64,000 bases of DNA from Neoechinorhynchus agilis (lineage: Eukaryota > Animalia > Acanthocephala): contig CM121341.1 in the NCBI GenBank assembly GCA_051530055.1, positions 17,958,784 through 18,022,783 of the forward strand. Reading direction: 5' to 3'. Made by a program: the position numbers and the translations under genes. Of this stretch, positions 25,331 to 35,477 are shown piece after piece. The notes below the pieces were generated by a model. That model ran no database searches and was not told where the DNA came from. It was given only the letters and a program-made list of their open reading frames with translations. The first letter of the stretch is position 1, and each line of letters opens with the position of its first letter.

Positions 25331-26429
25331 GAAACTTCTTATTTTCCTTGTTGTGCGGTTCAAACGCCGAGACTTATTTTTATTGCTTAATATTTCGTGG
25401 AGAAAATCCACCTCATCAGGCATCTACAAACTGGTTTTATACGGGTTACCTTAGGCTCAGGAGCGCGGGTTAGCCGTGCCCGTGGTTCGGGATGTTAATG
25501 TCCGCTCGAACCCCTGCGCAATGTTCGCCTTTCTTTCAGCTATAAATCGTTGAGTGGGAGTGCGAGACTAAAGTTCGCCTTATTTCCCTCAGTTGTCCAG
25601 TTCGCTGCATGTGACAGAAGATTAAATTGCTCGCGATAATGAGTCGGAATTGTAAGGTTGGTTTGTGTATTTTTGGCAATAGATATAAGAATGCCTATTG
25701 CGCGGCCGCAAGCGCTCCAATTTTCCACCATGCCTTTTTATAATCTCGTCCAACACTCTTGTCACTCTATCGCTGACGTACCCATCAAGCCATGTGTTAT
25801 CCTCAGTATCCAAAACCCCAGATAAGAATGAGGGACGGCATTATCTGGTTTTTGCAAAAAGAAGACCAATACGACACCTACATGCGAAGTCTATGAAATA
25901 GGCTGTTCGGAATGCCATAAAAAGTATGTTGGACAAACGAAGCAATGTCTGTGCAAATGCATCCAACAGCACAAATACGCGTGTAGGCGTTTCGATCGAT
26001 CATCGGCAATATATAGCTATGAGCAGACATCTCAACACCGAGTTGACTTTGACGGTGCTGCTAAGATTACGGCCGAAGCGAACTGGAGGCGGAGACTCGT
26101 GTATGAAGCCATACGCATTGCAGCAAACTGGACAATTGAGGGAAAAAAAGGCTAACTTTAGTCTCGCACTTCCAATAAACGATTTAAAGCTAAAGGAAAA
26201 CCGAAAATTGCGCAGGGGCTTCGAGCGGACATTAACTCCCCGAACCACGGGCACGGCTAACCCGCGCTCCTGAGCCTAAGGTAAACCGTATAAAACCAAT
26301 TCGTAGATGTCTGATGAGGTGGATTTTGTCCACGAAATATTAAGCAATAAAAATAAGTCTCGGTGTTTGAACCGCACAACAAGAATATCTATCCACCCGA
26401 ATGTGATATTGCATGAAACTTCTTATTTT
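25331..26429. mobile_element. Rearranged Penelope-like element (tails-out), ~260-bp inverted terminal repeats, GIY-YIG and RT remnants
   Basis: GIY-YIG on + (VYEIGCSECHKKYVGQTKQ...RRLVYEAIRI, about 25895-26150); RT motif LPKIHKPTLQFRLIIAS on - (about 25625-25700); IR about 25349-25610 vs 26118-26383; 15-bp direct repeat GAAACTTCTTATTTT at 25331-25345 and 26415-26429. Confidence 0.85.
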
Positions 26430-26645
26430 GTAGAATTGTAAATTAGAATCGTGGGGGGTCGTTTTTGAGTTTTGGAATACAATTTCTTGCCACATTTCAG
26501 TTGTACGACAATCCCTGAACTATTAAGCTCTATGTACACTCAATTGCGAATTCTGCATTCAATTGAAATGCAATAAACCCAAAAATGATCATTTCTATTA
26601 TCGTTGGAAGCATTTTGGGTACTTATATATTCCAGGATTACTTCC

Positions 26646-28190
26646 CGCGCATTCTCCTAACAGTAAATCCAATAGCGCACTCTCCATTTCAGCTTCAACG
26701 CTAGGAACTTGGATGACGCTACCCTCGGAGGTGATCCCTCCGTTGCACTGCGCGATTTGGAGACGCTAATTAGGGAGGCCTCGAGTATGGGCATTGTGCT
26801 CAATGCTGGAAAGTGTGAACTTATAGTATTAAATATCGAAGACGCCGCCAAAGTCCAGGACCTAGTGGATGGGTTCGAGGCCGTAGATCCAGGCCTGAAA
26901 CTCGTGACTCGGGAACAACTCAGCCTCCTGGGCAGTTGCGTCTTCGATTCAAATGTGGAAGATGAGATCGGCCATATCATACCGAAACTTTCGTTGCTGT
27001 GCGATAGGGTGTGCGCTCTCTCGACTCATGAAACCTTGTTTCTCATAAAGAACGCGCTCTTCATCCCCAAATTATTGTACAAGGTTCGCACAGCAACATT
27101 TTTCAAACACAAAAAAGGATTGGCAAAGCTGGACGATAAGGTGAGGGCATGCCTCGAGCGTATTTTAAATGTCCAGCTCTCAGATGAGGCGTGGCGACAA
27201 GCTTCTTTGCCTATGTCATCTGGGGGATTGGTAATTCGGGCACTAGTCGACCTTGCTCTGCCGGCCTTCCTTGGATCGTTTGAGGGGAGCCTACCAGTCT
27301 CGAAGAACATTTTGAAGGAAAAGTTCTGTCTTGACCGGGATTTCGTGTTGGCGGTTGAGGAATGGTGCCAGCAGACAGGCGCTAACCATGCTCCCGTGAA
27401 TGGCCTCAGACAATCGATCTGGGACGGACCTCTTGTCGCGAGAGCTCACAGCTCTCTACTTTCCGGTTCTCGCGATGGGGTCGTCCGAGCTAGACTGTCG
27501 GCAGTTTCAACACGAGAATCTGGGGCGTGGTTGGAGGCTGTTCCTCTGGCATCAGTGGGAACTCTTCTTACTGACGAGGTAACGAGGATCGCAGTATCCT
27601 TAAGACTTGGTCTCCCGATATGCACGCCCCATCGCTGTCGATGTGGGGCGACACGGTCTCATTTGCCGAAAGTCAGGAGGAAGGTTCTCACCCCATTCTG
27701 AGATCAATAGCGTAATTTCTCGGGCTTTGAGAACGACGAACTTCCCCAACATCTTGGAACCCACCCATCCATGTCGATTAGACGGTCGTCGACCTCACGG
27801 AATTTCGGTCTTTCCGTGGCGGGAGGGACGGCACGTGTGTGGACATCCTCGCAGTAAGCAGCATTCCGTACTCTCTCGAAATCCCGGGAGGTACAGCCAA
27901 TGCAGCGGAAGCGAGGAAGGTACGAAAATATAGGGATTTAGCAAGGTCCCACTATTTTGTCCCCTTCGGAGTAGAGACGTATGGAACACTTGGCAGCTCG
28001 GCACTCGCTCTGCTCCAAAATCTCCCAAAGAAATTGAGAGAAACGACCGGCGACGCACGAGCAGGTGTATTCCTGCGACAAAATATCTCACTCGCAGTAC
28101 AACGAGGCGATGCTACTAGCGTCATAATGACAGCCGAAGAAGGAGAGAAGCTAAGATTTTGCGGACGGTGATGATTGCATAGTTAATATT
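26646..28190 (+). mobile_element. CRE-like non-LTR retrotransposon (RT C-half + CCHC + restriction-like endonuclease), 5'-truncated, frameshifted
   Basis: AIWYLDDATLGG, QASLPMSSGGLVIR, SLRLGLPICTPHRCRCG, HGLICRKSGGRFSPHSEINSVISRAL, DGRRPHG, YFVPFGVETYG, ISLAVQRGDA. Confidence 0.9.
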
Positions 28191-29869
28191 GGAATGTATA
28201 GTGGAAGGCACTAAATTAACCTATTTCGTTCAAAAAATTTATGATTCTTTGTTTTTGCGAACTTGGATGCAATGTGGTTCGTATTCTGTACGCCTTTAGC
28301 ATTTACCCTTTGAATTTTAGGGAATTTCTCCATGGCATCTAATTCTGGTTCGGTTGTTAATGTTGTAGAACTTTTGATTTCTTTTAAGCCTCGTAAGTCC
28401 ACTCCGGCGTTAACTTCTATTTTTCGAGTAGGATTTTTTAAGTAGATACATTAACGAGGTTATAGACAATTATTTTCGTGAAAAATGTAATTTTTTAATT
28501 ACAGAATCCTTTCAATTCATTGATACTTTTAATCCCGTTACACTTAAAGTCAACAATTCCCAACCAAGTTCGCTCCAAAATTTTAATTTAAATGTGCAAG
28601 TCCACATTTTCGCATACATCATTTCGATATAGATTGTCTTTTTCTCACACTCAACAATTTCATCTGTATCTTTTGGAAATGTGCGCAATACACATCGCCC
28701 ACAAAATCCATTAGAGCGTTCAATAAAGGTAGTCCTTTGTAGTTCAGTACGTGAACTTGTGTCAATCTTGGAAATACCTTTTAAGATTGATTGAAATTCC
28801 CCGAAGTGATATGCGAAATACAAACAGTTCCAATTGTAAATTAGAATCTTGAGGGTCGTTTTTAAGTTTTAGAATACAATTTCTTGCCACATTTCAGTTG
28901 TGCGACAATCTCTTAACTATTAAGCTCTACGCACATTCTACTGCGAATTCTGCATTCAATTGAAATCCAATAAACGCAAAAATGATCATTTCTATTATCG
29001 TTGAAAGCATTTTAGTTACACTTATATATTCGAGAATTACTTCCCGAAAAACGTATAATTTCGAAACTTGAAGCATTTCATTGTATTTAATAAACCATTT
29101 TTTTCCCAATTCCGGAACTCGTAAAAATTCAAACACATTACCGGTCATGACTTTTTTCCGTCGCGGTTTCTACTAAATTTCAACGAACGATCAAACTCTA
29201 TTGCAGTTCTCAGAGCCAAGAAGTTGAAATAAAATAAAGCTTTGGCGGAAAATGGAATTTCAGCAATTTTAAAAATGCCCATTGTTTCTAATCTCTGCAG
29301 TCGTTTACAAAAGAGACAATTTTTTCTCCCAAAAAGAGTCCGATTATTTGTTTCTTGTGAGGAAACATTTGGGCGATCAAAAAAAGCAATAAGACGTTTC
29401 TTACTAGAGATATTTGACAATCTCAAAACTAAAAAATCGACTCTTCACATATTGCTTATACCTTTACCCAAAAAGTAATTCATCTGATATCATTTATATT
29501 TTTTCACAAAATATTTCCATGCTCTGCTGTATTTAAGGTCTCCGTTTATATGGGATTTTCTTTTGAACTTTCTACGGAAAGATGATCGTCGCACATCAAG
29601 AATTGCAGATCTAGATAAAATAATTTAAAGTTAAACTAATCGAATACCATTGATTATAATTTGTTATTACTCAAACAAATTCTGTAATTACTTAAATTTC
29701 GTGAATGATCCAAAAAAAGGTCAGCTACTTTTGTGCACGGCATGTACTGAAGCATTTCGTGACATGACCTGAGACGACAGCTTTCAAACATCAGATTTAA
29801 AAAATGCAAGAATAAAGCCCTTAAGACATTACTATATTAGTTGGCGACAACTCAGATCACTCTTAAGTT

Positions 29870-31472
29870 ATGTTAACAATCTTTCTGTTCTTAGTTTCGG
29901 TAGACATCGCCTATAGTCTACCCGAAACCGGGAATTTATCTTCGCATTCGAGCAATTATTCATTATCAGCATCTACAACATCATCGCCAGTAAACGACGA
30001 GAAATGGCCCGATAGTTGGTATCTTCACCCGTCTGCCTTGAATATTGAAAGGGTCTGGAACGATGGTTATACTGGAAAAGGCGTCGTTGTGGGTGTAATC
30101 GATTCTGGTATCGAATCTGATCATCCCGAGTTAAAGGATAACGTCTTGGCGACGCTGCCCAACTCAAGCGTTTACTCGGATCATGGCAATGGCTGTGCCG
30201 GAATCATAGCTGGGAAACCAGGCAACCATATTTGCGGCGTAGGTATAGCCTATGATTCCAAACTTATCAGCTTAAACTTAATCCCGACATACGATCTTTT
30301 TTTCGATACAAATGAGCCCCTGGAAGGATCCTACGGCTTAAAGTAGCAGCGATGCATAATCTTTTTTGGGTTTATATACTGTAACGAAATGTCGGTACAT
30401 AATGCAACGCTGCACATTAAAATCAATGATCGATATTTATAGCATGGCTGTTGGTTTTCCGGATGACGGCCGCTCGGTTTCGGAAATTTATGAAGACGAA
30501 AATATAGTACTAGCTAATAATGCACGGTTAGGGCGTAATGGCTTAGGATCTTCCTTTGTTATATCCTCTGGTAATGGTGGCTTGTTTTTGGATAATTGTG
30601 CTGTCGATGGGCGAGTGAATTCCCACTACTCTATCGCTGTAACTGGCGTTCTAAGAAACCACTCATCGCCGTATTTCGCTGAAAAGTGTGCCGCCATCAT
30701 GACAACTGTTTATACGAGCGATGGCACTTCAAATGGTATAATAACTACGGGTCTTAATGGTACATGTAATGATCATTTCGATGGCACATCAACCGCCGCT
30801 CCTATGGTAGCGGCTATTATTGCACTTGGACTTGAAGCAAATCCTCTGCTCGACTACAGACAAATCCAGTACTTGATAATTATGTCGTCTGTTAGGCATC
30901 CAAACATGAAACCGTATTGGCCTACGCACGGACGATGGTGGAGAAATGGAGCTGGATATTGGGTAAGTGATTTTTTTGGGTTTGGAATTCTCGATCCCAA
31001 ATCTTTTGTGGATAACGCCATTTCGATGAAAGGTCGTAAACTGCCAAAATCTAATATCTGTAACGTTCGCATAGCAAACTTTACTTTGTTAAAACACTAT
31101 TCTTCGAAACGTTTCCGAGTTTATACCGATGCCTGCAATTCATCTACGTCTGCGATAACCAGTTTAGAACATGTAATTTTAAATGTTACAATCAAACCTG
31201 ATTATTCAAATCCTGGAAAAAGAGGCAAACTATTGATTGTGCTTGTGTCTCCTAGCAATAAACCTATAGATATGTTGGATATTCGACCTCTTGATGATGA
31301 TGAAGTGTATGGATTTAGAAATCAGTCATTTACTTCGGTGCTTAATTGGTTTGAAGATCCGCGTGGTTTTTGGGAAGCAACTATATATAATTACAATCAT
31401 AACGGTTCATTCATTATAGAGAAGATGGACATGATGCTGATCGGTGTTGATGGTAACCCTTTACAGGAATGA
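29870..31472 (+). CDS. Divergent secreted furin/kexin-like proprotein convertase (S8B catalytic domain + P domain), no evident prodomain
   Basis: Signal-like N-terminus; NDEKWPDSWYL; catalytic D (VIDSG), H (DHGNGCAG), oxyanion N (SSGNGG), S (GTSTAAP); NGAGYWVSDFFGFG; P domain LEHV...RGKLLIVLVSPS...WFEDPRGFW. One 79-nt non-canonical interruption at 30343-30421. Confidence 0.85.
30343..30421 (+). other. Non-canonical hairpin-bounded intervening sequence 3 (79 nt) in the convertase
   Basis: Removal joins the two reading frames as SYGLKSMIDIYS. Flanked by TTAAA direct repeats (30338-30342, 30417-30421); stem 30346-30357/30402-30413, 11 of 12 paired; no register gives GT-AG. Confidence 0.75.
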
Positions 31473-31734
31473 AATATAATTTTTGTTTTCAAATTTCACA
31501 AGATGCACGGTATTACAACGACAATGCAAAAAAACTAATCATTCGAATCAATGTCCCAACGGAAAATTCGATAATTTTGTGTTTCAATAAACGGCAGCAA
31601 AAAATCGCATTAAATCGGAGAATAAAATTGACAATTACAAATTATCTTGTAATATGCATTATACTTCACATATAGGGAAATCATTTTACGCAAATTATTT
31701 CAAAATTGACAATATTAGCATTTTTTATTGTTCA

Positions 31735-32190
31735 AAGTAGAGGAACCATGCACCTCCGGGTCCTCGTGAACATTATATGATAGGTTTCTTGAATGTGATT
31801 GTTTATTTTGGAGTGGATGACGGGTCCGCTTGGGTCTGAAAGTTGGTGGTTATTGTTTGTAGGGGAGTTTGCTAGGTTCTACCTTTGCTCCGGTTCATTT
31901 AGAGTCATGATATCCGGGAAGATTGGGCAGTGGGGAAAAAGAAGTGGTGGAAGGGGGAGGTGCGAGGTAAAGGATGATGAAAGGAATTGCGATCGAGAGT
32001 GTTGTGCTCGTGTGAAAAGGTGAATAAAATGCGATAAAAATTATGGCGGTGGGGCTAAGAGGCGTTTAGATTGTTTCTTGAAAAATTATTAATGCACTCG
32101 ATGAGCGAGAGAAAATCAACTGTGCAAATTTTAGATGCCCTTCTATGAAACGCTTCAAGGGGACGGCCGCGGAAGCGAGGGAGAATTTTG
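31735..32190 (-). mobile_element. CR1/L2-like LINE 3' end
   Basis: Reverse complement closely matches 53100-53520 (AAACAATAACCACCAACTTTCA..CCCAAGCG..CCCGTCATCCACTCCAAAATAAACAA). Confidence 0.75.
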
Positions 32191-32279
32191 GACATATTGC
32201 TCAACAAGCGGGACGAACTTTCCGCTTTGATGCCGCTTCTTTAATCCACTTCACACCTCCATGCACCTTTGTATAATCC

Positions 32280-34390
32280 CGAGGAAGCCGTAGGACGGCA
32301 AAAACTCGAAAATAATTTTTTCTTACAACATCCGGTCCAAGTGTTAATTTAAAAAACTTGATAAATCATGCGGCTGGAAAATCAAGTAATATTTCACAAG
32401 TGTGTCTGCTTTTAATCTTCTTGGTTTCAATATCGGCCATGTTATCAATCTCCAGCATCGGGATATTACACTATTCCTCGTCCGTTAAGTACCTTAGGAT
32501 ACTACGATTGTTGTCTAATTGACGCTCTGGATGCTTTTTTCTTTTCTGAGTTCCTTAATTGTGTTGTCAAACAACGAGCCTTGCATCAACTTCTGGTATT
32601 TTGAGTCATCGAACCCAAACGCCACAGACTGTAGTCGTAGGAATTACCTCATAAAGTTTACAGCTTTCTAGGAATCCCGATGCATTTTTGTTGCGGACAA
32701 TTCTCAAGTACAATTTCTCCATTAAACGCAGTTGATGTAAAGCAGACTCGCTATAGATCTGCTTGGTTATTGTAAAGAAATTATTCATTATTTTTAGTTT
32801 CAATTAGCGATGTTTGATTCAGAAATTTTTAAAATCATAGGTTTTATTTTGAGGATATAAACATAATTATTCGCCGTCCTCGTCCTCAATCGTCGAGGTT
32901 CTTGCGAGGAGTAACGTAAGACACGACAGAGTGACTATGGAAGCCATCATGATTCAGCAAACAGGTACTTTTGTTGGCAACAAAGCTGACTACGAACTCA
33001 GTCTGCGAGCCCAACCGGATAAACTATTTGACAATGCTTCTATTAAATTGTAGATTGACTGAAGAAGACCAACGAAAAGGCTGATTGGTCTGATATCAAT
33101 CAGGCTGGTTCTCACAAAATCAGAAACTAAATGGCGCATTCGAATATAATCAAAATTATCCTTTCAAACACCATTCCTTTAAAATCCCGTTCTTATCACA
33201 TCGAACATTTTTGTTTGTCTATTAATCTTGTGAAATATTACTTGATTTTCCAGCCGCATGATTTATCAAGTTTTTTAAATTGACACTTGGACCAGATGTT
33301 GTAGTAATAAAGAAAAAATATTTTCGAGTTTTTGCCGTCCTACGGCCTAAGTTGAATCGTGTGAATCCCTGGCTAAGATATGTGGATGATACGTTCATTA
33401 TCCTAGATCCCAATATGAGTTCAGCGATACAGCTTGACAAAGAACTGAATAGCTGCCACCAAAATATAAAATGGACAATGGAAGAGGAGGAAAATAATAA
33501 TTTACCTTTTTTGGACGTACGAGTAGCACGCCTTCCGGGCAATGGCTTAATGACGTTGGTTTATGGGAAGCAAGGTGTTCCACGTATGGTAGTCGCATGG
33601 ATCTCTGCTAAACCGATCAAATGCAAATTGGCAAGAGCCAAATCGATGTTCATCAGAGCATTTCGGTATTGTTCGGACGATGTACTACTCAAATATGAAC
33701 TGGATTGAATCTACAACAAACTAAAAGTGAGTGGATGCCCAAGGAGGTACATTGAGAAATGTATGAAGGAGGCTCGATATGTTCCTCTGGTGAGAACAGT
33801 CAATCAGGAGGAAAAAAAGCAATTTATCGAGACACCATTCATCAGTGATAGTTGGAACTCTAAAATAAAAACCCTGATCAAACGATTCGATAGTGACAAA
33901 ATGCCAACTACGTAAAGTAGGAAGGGTAGGACTCTCCAAGGATTACTCCGACCGGAGGATGAGGATGTTCCTGCTGGATGTGTCTATAAGATCCCATGTT
34001 CGAATTGCAGTCTGTCATATGTGGGACAAACGAGCAATCTAAAAAGAAGGATGTCTGAACACTGAAGAACAGCTAACAAAAAGGCTGATGTGAGCTCAGT
34101 AATTGTGCCCCACAATAATTGCAGTGGACATGAAATCAATTTTTATGGCGTCGAGATTCTTGCGAGGAGTGACGTAAGGCACGACAGAGTTACTGGAAGC
34201 CATCATGATCCAGCAAACACGTACTTTTATTGGCAACAAAGCTGACTACAAACTCAGTATGCGAGTCCCACCGGATAAACTATTTGACCGTGCTTTTTTT
34301 AATTTGTAGATTGACTGAAGGCCAACGATAAGGCCGAAAATTTTCAAGATAAATCTATTTCTGAATCAAACATCGCTAATCAAAAAATTG
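32280..34390. mobile_element. Penelope-like element cluster (RT + GIY-YIG on +, inverted N-terminal part on -, duplicated terminal repeat)
   Basis: PWLRYVDDTFII, NNNLPFLDVRV, VYKIPCSNCSLSYVGQTSNLKRRM on + (33340-34250); direct repeat about 32895-33085 / 34152-34340; IR about 32285-32400 / 33225-33345; hammerhead-like core at 34315-34343. Confidence 0.85.
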
Positions 34391-35144
34391 TCAAAGATTT
34401 TTCGTTGACATTATTCAGTAAAGCTTAGTGCACTCATTTTTTTATTTATCTAGAAAGCGAGTCCGTCCACTTGTCGTGACATGAAGAATATATTCCATTG
34501 TAAAAGCGTCCAATTGCTTAAAAACTTAATTTTGCCCGTCAACAAACAATATTGTTAGTAGAGAACGAATGTTCTGGGAATTCAGACATTTTGGCTGTCG
34601 TGAATAGTGAAAGGGTATACAATTCAATTTATCTTGAAGTTTAATTAAACTTTAAATTCAGAACCAAAAGTTAAGCAACCTTCAAAATAACTTTGTTAGT
34701 ATTTTGTACAATTTTCCCGCCGTCTATGGCACATAATGAAGGGACCATGGTGATCAGCGTTGTGCAATCCTGCTATTCTGCCCGAGCCTGCCGACATAAT
34801 GCAATCACTGATTATTTATCGGTTCATTTTTTCTACGAAAACAGAGAATTGCATGGGACACAAAAGTTTGTCAAATAATTATACTGGCAAACAAATTTGT
34901 AGCTCTCGTCAATTAAAAACGAATACTTTTAACTGCTCTCACTCCTTTGGGTAGAGAACAAAGTTTCGCAAGGACACGAATTAACACAACTCTTGTTTTT
35001 ATAAATTTATTTGTTGTGGACGATGGTGATTGCACATTTTGTACTTCATCATTGTTCGAGAAAAATGAATTGAGAAACAAATAAATGTCTATTCTAGAAT
35101 GAAAAGCAGGTATTTATTTCTCTATTTCTCTAAAACTATAGTCT

Positions 35145-35477
35145 CTAATAACTTCTACTGCAACAACAGCTTTGAGTAGTGCCGGTGATTGGGAAATTGC
35201 AATTCGGCGATGGACTTATAAAGTGAGGAGTGGGCATTATTCCTTGGCAGGACGATATTTGTCTCAGATTTGTGAAACTTCTGATTGGTTGTGATAGAAA
35301 TTGATTCTGCCCAAAGGATGTTGACGTGTTGCATCGACAAATCTGTGGTTGTGGTTGCTGACAACACAAAGGATTAGAGTTCATGTAGGGATTATACTGG
35401 AACAAATTGTGGTTCATTAATCCATGTCCCATCGCCCCATGTCGTCTTCTTCGGCCTATTGAATGTTGGTGGCCCAT
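35145..35477 (-). CDS. Small hypothetical Cys/Gln/Asn-rich protein (110 aa)
   Basis: Uninterrupted ORF from ATG 35477: MGHQHSIGRRRRHG...LCCQQPQPQICRC...TTQSCCCSRSY; biased composition argues for coding, but no family recognised. Confidence 0.45.
   Translation of the reverse strand: MGHQHSIGRRRRHGAMGHGLMNHNLFQYNPYMNSNPLCCQQPQPQICRCNTSTSFGQNQFLSQPIRSFTNLRQISSCQGIMPTPHFISPSPNCNFPITGTTQSCCCSRSY

Larger units (their letters stand above)
24680..29045. repeat. Tandem duplication of a ~0.85-kb decayed coding segment; copy 1 interrupted by a Penelope insertion and followed by a CRE-like insertion
   Basis: 24680-25330 plus 26431-26645 correspond to 28200-29045 (near-identical minus-strand ORF remnants MYLAYHFGEFQ.../MYFAYHFGEFQ... 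and MDLRSLKEIK.../MDLRGLKEIK...). Confidence 0.85.

Noticed and set aside
6038-30346. Stop-codon reassignment as an explanation of the internal stops
   Set aside because: Two of the three inserts are not multiples of 3, and TGA/TAG/TAA all serve as normal terminators for other genes in the window.
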